From Phycisphaerales bacterium (GTDB taxonomy: Bacteria > Planctomycetota > Phycisphaerae > UBA1845 > UTPLA1): a stretch of DNA of 64,000 bases. The stretch is taken from contig JACKHI010000001.1 in NCBI GenBank assembly GCA_020639075.1, positions 2,662,315-2,726,314 of the forward strand, written 5' to 3'. This document shows, one piece after another, positions 38,689-48,414 of the stretch (positions within the stretch are counted from its first letter, which is position 1; each line of letters starts with the position of its first letter). The position numbers and the translations under genes are program-made. The notes under the pieces are model-generated. The model had not been told where the DNA came from. It did not search any database and worked only from the letters and a program-made list of their open reading frames with translations.

Positions 38689-41600
38689 ATGAACCGATTC
38701 AACATCCTGGCCGGTGGATTGATCTGTCTGTTCGGATTTGTCAGTATCACGGGCGGCGCAACGCTGTCGCCGGTGATTGACGGGTATGTCTCGAACACCG
38801 TAGCGAACGGTCCGTTTATCAACGTCAATACAACGGGCGATTCCGCGCTTGCGCTGGTCCAGTCGAGCCACGAGGATCGAGCGATCTTCGAATTTGATGT
38901 TCGAAGCTACGGCAGCGGCGCTGTGATTGACAGTCTGTCGTTTCGCTTTCGCATTGTGGCGTCAAACTCCAGCAGTCAAGGGCCGCACACGATCAACTTC
39001 TATGCTTACTCCGGAGACGGCGCGATCACAGCTGCCGATGCGACGGTATCTGGGACATTGATCGGTTCGTTGGTCGCTCCCGATCTCGGAGTGATGGAGA
39101 TTGCCGTTGACGGCGCGACGATCGAGGCATTGATTCAGTCGTCGGACTACCTGGGAATCCGCATTCAATCGACGGGTCCCGGCGGCATTTTCGTCGGAAC
39201 GACGGAGCATTTCGTTGCGGAATTCAGGCCGACGCTCTCGCTGTTGCCGGATCGCGTGTGGCATGTCAATGACGATGCAGCGCCCGGCGGCGACGGTCTG
39301 ACCTGGGCGACGGCTTTCAACGACCTCCAGATGGCAATGGACAGCGCCCAGCCCGGTGAGGAAATCTGGGTGGCGGAAGGCGTCTATCGCCCGACCAAAC
39401 GCACGATTGCAGCGGACCCGCGATCGGCGACATTCGAACTGCGTAACGGCACACGGCTCTACGGCGGTTTTCACGGATTCGAAACAACGCGCCGAATCCG
39501 GCATCCGTTCGAAATCAAGTCGACGCTGCACGGCGACCTGCTTGCTGACGACGTCGGGTTTTCGAATCGCGGAGACAACGCGTATCACGTCGTCAGCGCG
39601 TTGTTCGGCACGACGGATGCAGTCATCGACGGATTCGATATCACTCGCGGCAATGCCTCGGGTGCAACGCCGGATCGGCAGATCGGCGCAGGGTTCTACG
39701 CCAGCTCGGGGACGCCATACGTCCGTAACTGCACGATTCGAGACAACAGTGCGAGCAACCAGGGCGACGGCGCGTATTGCTCCAATTCGTCGGGCAATAC
39801 CTACTTCATCAATTGCATCTTCGATCAACATACATCGGGGGAAGCGCTTCGACTTTCCGGCTCAACGACGAATGCCACGATCCTGAACTGCCTGTTCACG
39901 CGATACGATCGTGGATTGATCACGGGTACGGCAACGGCACATGTGACCAATTCGATCTTCAAAGCCAACACGGGGTTTACGACATTCGAATCCGACCATA
40001 TCAGCGGCAACATCATCATCAATCGTTCGTGCGTTCAAAATTGGACGGGGAACTTCGGCGGCCAGGGGAACTTCGGCGATGATCCGATGCTCGTCTCATT
40101 CGGCACGAGTGGATCGGATTATCACACGCTGCCGGGCTCACCTTGCCGGGACGCGGGCGACGCATCCGATTTCCCGCCGGACATCGACGATTTGGACGAG
40201 GACGGCGACTTCGACGAACCGATGCCGATCGATCTGAGCGGTCAGACCCGAATTGCCGACGACACATGCCAGGCGGATACCGGCGTTCCGGATGCCGGCG
40301 GCGCAGTCATCGACATCGGTCCATACGAGTATTCCCCGACGCAGCCGGCGCCGACGACGAGTCGATTGTATGTGGACCCAATGGCGATGGGCGCAAACAA
40401 CGGTACGAGTTGGTCGGACGCCTTCGTCGAGCTGCGCGATGCGATGGATGCGGCGTATTACCATCCGTGCGCAGGCGTCGAGGAAATCTGGGTCGTGTCG
40501 GGAACTTATCTGCCGTCGGATGCGGCCGATCGATTCGCGAGTTTCAAGCTGTCCGACGATGTGAAAGTCTACGGAGGGTTCAGCGGCGGCGAGAATGCGC
40601 TCGAACAGCGCAATGCAGATCCGATGACGAACGGGTCCATACTCAGCGGAAACATCGGAGACGCAAACGCGACGGACAACGTGTACACTGTCGTCGACGT
40701 GACTCGATCGAGCGCGCTGGCGACGCTGGACGGCTTCACGATCACCGGCGGATATGCCGATCAACGCTCGTCGACATCGCCTCGCGGAACGGGCGGCGGG
40801 ATCTTCGGGCTCGAATCCAACTTGCATCTTCGGAATCTGCGAATCACAGACAATATCGCGTACGTCGGCGGCGGCGTGAATATTGACGACGGCAATCCCG
40901 TGTTTGAGGACTGCACGATCGACTCAAACACACTCTTCGAGAACGTCAATGTCAACCGCGCGGCGGGCGTGAACATCGGCATCGGCCTGCGACCCGAGTT
41001 TCGTCGCTGCCGATTCCTCAACAACCAACGAGAGACGGCGATCGGCGGCGCCCTGTCGTTTCGTGGATCCGTCGGGCGAATACCGATTGTGGACTGTGAT
41101 TTCGAGGACAACATCGCAGGCATCGGCGGCGCGATCAGCTACGACCTGAACGCATCCGTGGATATCGTGAATTGCCGGTTCAGGAACAATCGCGGATACG
41201 TCGAGAGTTTCCCCAACTCGCACAGCGGCGCGCTCTTCCTTCTGGGAGGCGACGTCACGTTGACCAATTGCGAATTCGTCGGGAACGTCGGCCGCAATTT
41301 CGGCGGCGCGATCGTTTCGGGCTACCTGTCGAATCTAGAGATCTCGAATTGCACTTTCACCGACAACCATACAGACGGAAATGGCGGCGGGATCATTGCG
41401 ATCGCATCCACGATCACGATTCGCAACAGCATCCTCTGGGGCAATACGGACAACGGCGGCGCGAACGGCGACGCAGGCGCACAGATATACGATGAGTCCT
41501 CTGACGGACCGAACACGATCACGATGGAGTACAGTTGCGTGCAGGACGGCAACCCCGGCGACGGAAGCGTCTATGTTGGGGCAGGAAACATCGATGTGGA

Positions 41601-42252
41601 TCCCCAGTTCGTCGGGGTGGATGATGTACATCTGTCGATGACATCGCCGTGCCTCGATGCTGGTGACAACACCGGCGTTGCGCCCGACGTGCTCGATATC
41701 GATGGCAATGCCGATACCGCGGAACCCATTCCGTATGATCTGGACGGCGTCGCACGTTTCAGTGACGCGCCCGCCGTGGATACGGGCAATCCTGACGGTG
41801 TTCATCCCATCGTGGATATGGGTGCGTATGAACTGGTCTCGAGTTTCGTCGCGCGCCTGGGCGACATGAACTGCGATACGCTCGTGGATGGGCGGGATGT
41901 CGAGCCGTTTATCTTGGCGATGACCGATCCGCTGGAATTCATGGCACGCTATCCCGACTGCAATGCGGCAAACGGCGACATCGACGAGAACAGCGTTCTG
42001 GAACTGGCGGACCTGCCAGGCTTCATCTACCTCCTGCTCGATCGCTCGGTTGAATTTCGCCCGGGCGACATGAATTGTGATGGTTTGGTGAACGGCATCG
42101 ACGTCGGCGCGTTCGCCCTGGCTGTGACGGACCCGGCGCATTTTGAGTCGACATTCCCGAACTGCTCGTTGTTGAACGGGGATTTGAGCGGCGATCAAAC
42201 GGTACAGCTTGACGATCTGCCGTTCTTCGTGGACCTGCTGCTCGCTGACTAG
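38689..42252 (+). CDS. Large secreted right-handed beta-helix (pectate-lyase fold) protein with three C-terminal dockerin-like repeats
   Basis: 1187 aa. Signal peptide. Two pectin-lyase-fold regions with the N..T..N/IRDN repeats. C-terminal GDMNCDTLVDGRDVEPF..., GDMNCDGLVNGIDVGAF... repeats, the same module as the esterase at 18395-19561. Confidence 0.7.
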   Translation: MNRFNILAGGLICLFGFVSITGGATLSPVIDGYVSNTVANGPFINVNTTGDSALALVQSSHEDRAIFEFDVRSYGSGAVIDSLSFRFRIVASNSSSQGPHTINFYAYSGDGAITAADATVSGTLIGSLVAPDLGVMEIAVDGATIEALIQSSDYLGIRIQSTGPGGIFVGTTEHFVAEFRPTLSLLPDRVWHVNDDAAPGGDGLTWATAFNDLQMAMDSAQPGEEIWVAEGVYRPTKRTIAADPRSATFELRNGTRLYGGFHGFETTRRIRHPFEIKSTLHGDLLADDVGFSNRGDNAYHVVSALFGTTDAVIDGFDITRGNASGATPDRQIGAGFYASSGTPYVRNCTIRDNSASNQGDGAYCSNSSGNTYFINCIFDQHTSGEALRLSGSTTNATILNCLFTRYDRGLITGTATAHVTNSIFKANTGFTTFESDHISGNIIINRSCVQNWTGNFGGQGNFGDDPMLVSFGTSGSDYHTLPGSPCRDAGDASDFPPDIDDLDEDGDFDEPMPIDLSGQTRIADDTCQADTGVPDAGGAVIDIGPYEYSPTQPAPTTSRLYVDPMAMGANNGTSWSDAFVELRDAMDAAYYHPCAGVEEIWVVSGTYLPSDAADRFASFKLSDDVKVYGGFSGGENALEQRNADPMTNGSILSGNIGDANATDNVYTVVDVTRSSALATLDGFTITGGYADQRSSTSPRGTGGGIFGLESNLHLRNLRITDNIAYVGGGVNIDDGNPVFEDCTIDSNTLFENVNVNRAAGVNIGIGLRPEFRRCRFLNNQRETAIGGALSFRGSVGRIPIVDCDFEDNIAGIGGAISYDLNASVDIVNCRFRNNRGYVESFPNSHSGALFLLGGDVTLTNCEFVGNVGRNFGGAIVSGYLSNLEISNCTFTDNHTDGNGGGIIAIASTITIRNSILWGNTDNGGANGDAGAQIYDESSDGPNTITMEYSCVQDGNPGDGSVYVGAGNIDVDPQFVGVDDVHLSMTSPCLDAGDNTGVAPDVLDIDGNADTAEPIPYDLDGVARFSDAPAVDTGNPDGVHPIVDMGAYELVSSFVARLGDMNCDTLVDGRDVEPFILAMTDPLEFMARYPDCNAANGDIDENSVLELADLPGFIYLLLDRSVEFRPGDMNCDGLVNGIDVGAFALAVTDPAHFESTFPNCSLLNGDLSGDQTVQLDDLPFFVDLLLAD

Positions 42253-42623
42253 GGATGTGAAGCGGCGTCGCGCGAGCAACGCACGATGGCTCCGCAGTCG
42301 GCTGCTGAAACCAATGCCGGATCGACCGTGCGATGGTCACAATCGGCCCGGATTCACGGAACGGAATCGACCCCGCGGATTGGTCGGCCGAGCCGACTGG
42401 CCCTCGGCGATCATACTAACGCAACGCCATATGATTCAGTGATTTATGTCACGCCGCCCGCGCGCAATCCGGCCTGAGGGCGGTTCTCGCCAAGGGTGCC
42501 GATAGGCGAGCGCGGATCGTTGAATCCCGTCCGAAAACTCGATATCATAGCTGACTGAGACGCGCGGATTGCGCGCCTGGGAAAGTAGCAAGTCTCTCGT
42601 CTCGAAGAAGGGAATAAAGAAGC

Positions 42624-43340
42624 ATGTTCAATCGACGACATCAAACGGCGGTCGCGGCTTTGGCGATCGTCGCGCTCTTTGCGACGCTGCCGGCAACGGC
42701 TGCGGAAATAGAAGTCGGCTCAGCCATGGGAACGGTCACACTGAACAGCGACACCGTCGGAACCGTTGATCCGATCGCCGGGACGGATGCGTTCCAGTGG
42801 ACCGGCAACATGACGAACTCGACGATGGGCTGGGGGCTCACGTGGGATCTGACGATCGATCCGGACCCCGGAATCTCCGGCGTTGCGGCGTTCACGAATC
42901 TGACCGGCGTCACGATGAACTTCACGTATAACGTGTCGGCGCTCTCGACGATTGCGATCGGCAGCCCGACGGTATTCGGCTCATCGGCGATTACCGTGAC
43001 TGACGGCGTATCGCTCGGCGGTGCGACGATGTCGGCGTTGACGGGCGACTCGATCTACAACGCGTTTATCAATGCGGCGACGCAGGGAACGTTGTTCAAC
43101 GATCCCTATTCGCTCGTCGCCCCACAGTTCGGATCCAACTCCGACAACGCGAGCTGGGGACCGCAGGCGGCGACTGGACCGCTGGCCATCGGCGACACGT
43201 TCGGCATCAATCACGACTTCAGCCTGACGCCGGGCGACCAGGCGACGGTCAACAGCAATTTCTTCATCATTCCGGAACCGGCGACGCTGGGCTTGCTCGC
43301 GTTCGGCGGCATCGTCATGCTTCGACGCCGCAGTCGCTGA
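42624..43340 (+). CDS. PEP-CTERM sorting-domain protein
   Basis: Signal peptide, Thr/Gly-rich body, C-terminal IPEPATLGLLAFGGIVMLRRRSR (PEP motif, TM helix, basic tail). Confidence 0.75.
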   Translation: MFNRRHQTAVAALAIVALFATLPATAAEIEVGSAMGTVTLNSDTVGTVDPIAGTDAFQWTGNMTNSTMGWGLTWDLTIDPDPGISGVAAFTNLTGVTMNFTYNVSALSTIAIGSPTVFGSSAITVTDGVSLGGATMSALTGDSIYNAFINAATQGTLFNDPYSLVAPQFGSNSDNASWGPQAATGPLAIGDTFGINHDFSLTPGDQATVNSNFFIIPEPATLGLLAFGGIVMLRRRSR

Positions 43341-43373
43341 ATCATACGGAATCACCTGATTAGACAAGAAGGC

Positions 43374-43405
43374 CGATCGCGTTTGCGATCGGTCTTTTTT
43401 TGTGT
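43374..43405 (+). terminator. Rho-independent terminator
   Basis: ggccgatcgc-gttt-gcgatcggtc followed by TTTTTTTGTG. Confidence 0.6.
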
Positions 43406-43499
43406 TCTTCACGCATTTGCGAGACGACACCCTGTATTCGTCCCTGCCCCTCAGAACTTTGGGCAGCAAGGCTCTTGACGACCATTGAAGCCCCGAAAA

Positions 43500-43800
43500 A
43501 AGTGGTCCATCACTGAATATCGTGAAGCTCCGTTGGCATCTGCGGTAGCGCAAGTACCGCGTCCCGATAGGGACGCGCTGAGAATAGCCCAGCCTTTCAA
43601 GGCTGGGATTGATAGTTGGTTACTACCATCGCCGTGCCGTAGGTACGGCGCGACTCCGCGCATCAAGCTCATCCCGTCCTGCTGGGCAACGCCGTGAACT
43701 GAACACAGCTGCGGCAGCACCAGTCAGAGAAACTATGAGCGTGTTCCCCCGGTTGGGATAATTGACCCAAGTTGTTAGAGACGGGTTTGGTTATCTCACG
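43500..43800 (+). ncRNA. Candidate IS110 bridge/seeker RNA in the element's 5' leader
   Basis: Stable hairpins: gcggta-gcgcaag-taccgc (43542-43560), cgcgtccc-gata-gggacgcg (43558-43577), cccagcc-tttcaa-ggctggg (43588-43607), gccgtgcc-gta-ggtacggc (43631-43649). Confidence 0.35.
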
Positions 43801-43816
43801 AACGGAGGAACTCACA

Positions 43817-44848
43817 ATGTTATATGTTGGCATGGACGTACATCTGTTGTCTACCACGATTTGCATTTTTGATCCGACGGCGGACGAACGGCGTCGATAT
43901 CGCACGGTGAAGGTCCCGACGACCGCCGAGGCGATTCGTGGAGTGCTCGAGCCGCTGAACGGGGATTGCAAGGCCGTTTTCGAGATCGGTCCTCATGCCC
44001 AGGCGATCATGGCCATTGTCAAACCCCTGGCCGCCGACGTTCTGGTCGCCAACCCATCCCTGATCCCGTGGCTCTTTCGCGACGGTCGCAAGAACGACAA
44101 GATCGACGCACGCAAGTTGGTGACGTTGCTCTATCTGAACCAGGTGCCGACGGTGCATCTGCCGAGGGCCGACATCGCCGCGTGGCGGGCGCTGATCAAC
44201 CATCGCCGCACCGTGGTGAAGCGTCGCACCAGGGTCAAGAACCAGATTCGCTCGATCCTCCGCGCCTACCTGTACCGCTGCCCGCACAGGAGTTGCTGGA
44301 CGCGAGTCGGACGAATCTGGCTCTCGTCGCTGGCCTTCGACGAACTTCGTCAGTTCATGGTCGAATCGCAGACGGCGGAACTGGACGGGCTCGACGAGAA
44401 GCTGAACGACATTCATCGCCAACTCGATCGGATCGCCAGGCTGCATTCGGACGTGGCGCTGCTACAGACGATTCCCGGCGTGGGACCGCGCACTGCAGAA
44501 GCCGTCGTTGCCTTTACCGACGGCGTCAAACGCTTCCGCGATGGCAAACAGTTCTCGAGTAACTTCGGGGTCGTGCCGACGCTGGATGTCTCGGATGGTC
44601 GCGGCCGCGAAGGATGTATATCGCGGCGCGGCGCCAGCGTGGTGCGTTGGCTGGTCGTCGAGGCGGCGCATGTGGTGATCCGACGCAACCCCGAAATGCG
44701 CGCCTTCTTCGAGCGAGTCCATCGCGGCAGGAAGGATCGGTACAAGAAGGCCATCGTCGCGACGGCTCGCAAGTTGTTGGTGATCGCGTATGCGATGATG
44801 CGGGATCAATCGAAATTCGCACCACAGCGCGTGAGTGCGGCCGCATGA
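43817..44848 (+). CDS. IS110-family transposase (DEDD N-terminal domain plus Transposase_20 C-terminal domain)
   Basis: N-terminus MLYVGMDVH...EIGPHAQ (DEDD_Tnp_IS110). C-terminus LLQTIPGVGPRTAEAVVAFTDGVKRFRDGKQFSSNFGVVPTLDVSDGR. RBS ACGGAGGAA. Confidence 0.85.
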   Translation: MLYVGMDVHLLSTTICIFDPTADERRRYRTVKVPTTAEAIRGVLEPLNGDCKAVFEIGPHAQAIMAIVKPLAADVLVANPSLIPWLFRDGRKNDKIDARKLVTLLYLNQVPTVHLPRADIAAWRALINHRRTVVKRRTRVKNQIRSILRAYLYRCPHRSCWTRVGRIWLSSLAFDELRQFMVESQTAELDGLDEKLNDIHRQLDRIARLHSDVALLQTIPGVGPRTAEAVVAFTDGVKRFRDGKQFSSNFGVVPTLDVSDGRGREGCISRRGASVVRWLVVEAAHVVIRRNPEMRAFFERVHRGRKDRYKKAIVATARKLLVIAYAMMRDQSKFAPQRVSAAA

Positions 44849-45448
44849 TCCGACCGTCGCGAGGCCTCCGATTGGGTGAAGGCCCCGCGATCGGTCGAAT
44901 CATGCTGAGGGTGTAAGACGAAAAAGTGCCGGCGACTGGCGTTGAAAAGGTCGCGGCGGACAGGAGCGTGAAACGGGTCAAGAACGACGGGATGAATTGG
45001 AGTGAGCCCGAACGTGGCGGCTTGATCGTCGAACGGTTGAAAGAACCGCCGGCAGATCGATTCCAGAGAATGGGCCACTCCCCCTGCAAAATCTCATGTG
45101 CCCCGGCCGCATCGAAAGCTACGGAAGGTGAGCACGAATCAGAAGCCTGGAACATTATCCGTCAAAAAATCCCGCCCCTTGACAAACACACGCTCATAGA
45201 AGCCGCCGTGTCCTCACGGCGGAGTCATGCCCATGTACGCTGGATGATTCGCCACGCTGAGACGGTGAGGCACTGATTAGAGCATTCAGTTCACGGCGTT
45301 GCCCGCTGGGACGGGACCTGAAAAACGGCCGCCAACCCCCCGTTGCAGACGGGGGGCCATTCTCATGTGATCCCTGCGGGATCCGGAGTGGATACATCTG
45401 TCGCTCTTGTACCAAGACACCGAATCATCCCGATTTTCCGTGATGAAC

Positions 45449-45491
45449 CAAAAAAGAGCAGCTTGGCCATCCATCGATAACCAAGCTGCTC
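45449..45491 (-). terminator. Rho-independent terminator after 45540..45968
   Basis: Minus strand gagcagcttgg-(14-nt loop)-ccaagctgctc followed by TTTTTTGG. Confidence 0.5.
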
Positions 45492-45539
45492 TCAACTGAC
45501 TTCTGCGGCCGGCGCGCCGGCCGTCAGGCTGATTCGTGA

Positions 45540-45968
45540 TTATTCGACGATTTGCTGAAACCAATCCTCCGTGATCAGTACATCGCGACTGTCGTAGGCC
45601 TCCAGCGTGAATGTGATATCCCTGTCAAGTGCGAAGGTATCGACCGGCACGCTGCCGAACAGGCATTGTTTCTCATCATCGTCCTTACGGACCGACATTT
45701 TGTAGGACTTGTCGTTCACGGTGATCATGCCACGTGCGGGCAGCATGTCTTCCGGAAACTCGGCCATCGGAGTGATTTTGAAAACAGCGGAACCATCCTT
45801 CCAGACCTGATACTCGTAGAGCATGGGCTGATCAAGCGGCCCAGCGTCCGACTCACTCGTCAGTACGGGTTTCTCTGACCAGTTCATCGAACCTGCGATT
45901 GCGGAGATCGAGGTCATCGCCAGGACTGCAATGATTGATCCAATGGCGAGGTGTTTTCGAGCCTTCAT
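45540..45968 (-). CDS. Small secreted protein (142 aa), paralog of 52054..52473
   Basis: Signal peptide. About 50% identical to 52054..52473 (shared W.E.PV..TS..AG..DQP..YE..VWKDGSA..K.TPM.E.PE.MLPA.G.I.VND..YKM.VRKD....QCL.G..PV). No known family. Confidence 0.55.
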   Translation of the reverse strand: MKARKHLAIGSIIAVLAMTSISAIAGSMNWSEKPVLTSESDAGPLDQPMLYEYQVWKDGSAVFKITPMAEFPEDMLPARGMITVNDKSYKMSVRKDDDEKQCLFGSVPVDTFALDRDITFTLEAYDSRDVLITEDWFQQIVE

Positions 45969-46323
45969 CACCTGTCTCCCTTTGTCGTGCGCGGCACTCG
46001 GCCTCTTGAGGATCGCTGCCCGAGCCCCCTTTCCGCTGTGCATATGAAAATAGCAGAGATTGTGGCCATCCTGCAACAATAATATGCAGCATCTCCACAC
46101 ACTGCCGCGTGACTCTCGAATTCTAGCAGAAGGCCGCCATACCTCTGACGCTTCCATCGGGGCTCCACGATTCGAAATACTCCCAATTCACTACTGCGCG
46201 GCACTCCCGGATCGAGTTGCCATGCCGGCGAGAATTCTGAAATCGCCTCCACTTCGCGGAACACCGGTCAAGGATGAGTCCCGAATTGCACGAGTGAATT
46301 CGGCCATATTTCGGGAGGTCAAC

Positions 46324-47391
46324 ATGACAAGTTCAATGGTCCATTCAGCGGAGCGAGCGCGGCCGCAGGAATGCGAGCGGATCGCGCTTGAGGCGACACA
46401 AGTGTGTCACAGTGAGCAAATATCGGCGCCGCCGGTGCGCGTTCTGATCGTGCCCTGGGGTGAAGTCCGCAGCGCTTCCGGAGACTTCGTCGTCGATGCC
46501 GACGGCGCGGCACAGGCGATTGCGGCGTTCTCGGCGCACGGCGCGGATCTGCCGGTAGACTACGAACATCAGACGCTCGGTGGAACCTACGCGTCGCCAA
46601 ACGGACAAGCCCCCGCCGCCGGTTGGATCACGGGGCTTCGTGTCGTGACGCCAAGCGGCGATCGCGCGCCCGGCGCATCCGCAATCAACTCAGCCTTGTC
46701 GGACGAGACCGACTCGCACAGCTTGAGCGTCAACGACGACGGTTCCGGAACATCCCGACCGGCACCGGGCATCTGGGCGGACGTATCCTGGACGGACGAC
46801 GCAAAGCAGCATCTCGCGGCGCGGCGCTATCGCTATCTCTCGCCGGTCGCGCTGGTACGCAAGGCCGATCGCAAATTGATCGGCGTGCACTCCGTTGCGC
46901 TGACGAACAAGCCGGCGATCGTGGGCATGACGCCGGTCGTGAATCGGTCGGCGACGATCGAAGCGGAGTCGCTGGATCTCGCGCCGCTGAAGTCGGTGCT
47001 GCGCCTCGACGACTCGGCGTCGGCGACGGCGATCGTCGCGGGGGCAGTGTCTCGCGTGCGCGAACTCGAGCGGCGGGAGACCGAGCGAGAGGCGGCGCGA
47101 CGCGTCGAGGAGGCGTGCCGGTCCGGCAAGCTCGCGGCGCCGCAGCGCGACTGGGCGTTCGCATTGGCCCTGAAGGATGCCGCGGAGTTCGATCGCTGGC
47201 TGGCAAGTGCGCCTGTCGTCGTTCCGCTCGGGCGTTCGACGGCGCCGGGCCCGGGATCTGCATCGCACGCCGGCTTTCAACGCTCCGCGGCTTCATCGGC
47301 GAAAGCCGAGTGGCAGGCGAATCGTGCATTCCTGGAGCGTCTCTGCACGGAAGAGGCGTATGTCGCGACGGCGCTGCGCGACGTGAACTAA
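46324..47391 (+). CDS. Mu-like prophage protein I (head maturation protease/scaffold, gp32-like)
   Basis: VRVLIVPWGEVRSASGDFVVDADGAAQAIAAFSAHGADLPVDYEHQT resembles the Mu I N-terminal domain. Coiled-coil C-terminal region. GGGAGG RBS before ATG 46324. Confidence 0.7.
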   Translation: MTSSMVHSAERARPQECERIALEATQVCHSEQISAPPVRVLIVPWGEVRSASGDFVVDADGAAQAIAAFSAHGADLPVDYEHQTLGGTYASPNGQAPAAGWITGLRVVTPSGDRAPGASAINSALSDETDSHSLSVNDDGSGTSRPAPGIWADVSWTDDAKQHLAARRYRYLSPVALVRKADRKLIGVHSVALTNKPAIVGMTPVVNRSATIEAESLDLAPLKSVLRLDDSASATAIVAGAVSRVRELERRETEREAARRVEEACRSGKLAAPQRDWAFALALKDAAEFDRWLASAPVVVPLGRSTAPGPGSASHAGFQRSAASSAKAEWQANRAFLERLCTEEAYVATALRDVN

Positions 47392-47557
47392 CGCGCTCGC
47401 GAATCGGTTGGCGACATGCGGGCTGATCGATCGACACCCATCCATTGAGTAATCACGGGCGTTATGTCGCGAGCCCCGGTGTCAGTTCGGCTACGCCGCA
47501 TTGATTCGCATCTGACGTCCGATTGAACATCAACAAGAACATCGGAAGGAGAACATT

Positions 47558-48313
47558 GTGGCGCTAACGGCAAATCGGGAATTGAATCGGTATGTGGATC
47601 AGGAGCTGCGATCTTTCGGCGTCGCGGCGAGCGAGCACATTTACAAAGGCGCACTGGTCGGATTCGATCGTACGTCGGGATTTGTGCGGCCCTATGCTGC
47701 AGGCGATACGTTCGCAGGGATCGCCTACGAAGAGATCGACAACAGTGCCGGCCAGGGCGGCGATCTGTCGATCCGGCTGTACACGCAGGGGGATTTCATT
47801 CTCACCGTCAACGGCGCCGTGCAGAATCTCGCGGGGGCTGCGGTCTATGCATCGAACGATGATCTGATGACGGCCGTTCCGAGCGGGAATCTGACGCCGG
47901 CGGGCATTCTGATCGCCGTCGTCGGATCGAATCTCGGAATCGTGCGGATCCGACCGTTCCTGGCGTCGTCGATCGAGCACGTGGTGCAGACGTCGATCGC
48001 CGGTTCTACATCGGCGGCGACGACTCACGTCGTGTTGACGACGCAACACGCGATCCGAATCGTCAGCGTGCAGGTTCTGTATCTCACGCCGCCGGACCAG
48101 GGCGCCCTGGACGTCGGCTTTTCAGTCGCGGACCCCGACGACATCGTCAACAACTTCAATCTGGCGACGCTGTCCGCGAACGCGATCCAGGCGATGACGC
48201 TTGCGGGGCGCGACGTGACGGCGGGCGTTTCGCTGCTGGCTCGCGTGGGGCAGGCTTCGTCGAACGCGGGTGCGGGCGGCATCGTGACGATCCGGTACGT
48301 CGAACTGCCGTGA
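47558..48313 (+). CDS. Phage head-module protein, unknown (occupies the Mu Z scaffold position)
   Basis: GTG start with GGAAGGAG RBS. Lies between the protease and major-head genes. No recognisable domain. Confidence 0.5.
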   Translation: MALTANRELNRYVDQELRSFGVAASEHIYKGALVGFDRTSGFVRPYAAGDTFAGIAYEEIDNSAGQGGDLSIRLYTQGDFILTVNGAVQNLAGAAVYASNDDLMTAVPSGNLTPAGILIAVVGSNLGIVRIRPFLASSIEHVVQTSIAGSTSAATTHVVLTTQHAIRIVSVQVLYLTPPDQGALDVGFSVADPDDIVNNFNLATLSANAIQAMTLAGRDVTAGVSLLARVGQASSNAGAGGIVTIRYVELP

Positions 48314-48414
48314 CGATCGGAATGACAGCCGTTTCTTTCTGAGATTAGGCGTCGCGCGGCATCCGATTGTCGTGACGCGTTGAATAACAACCACAGCCAC
48401 AGGAGTGCTGACAA

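Larger units (their letters stand above)
43420..44920 (+). mobile_element. IS110-family element (boundaries approximate)
   Basis: One DEDD transposase gene preceded by about 400 bp of structured non-coding leader. IS110 elements lack terminal inverted repeats, so the ends cannot be fixed from this copy alone. Confidence 0.5.

Noticed and set aside
44926-45276. 116-aa ORF downstream of the IS110 transposase gene
   Set aside because: No RBS and no domain. It lies in the probable IS110 right end or target region and is likely non-coding.
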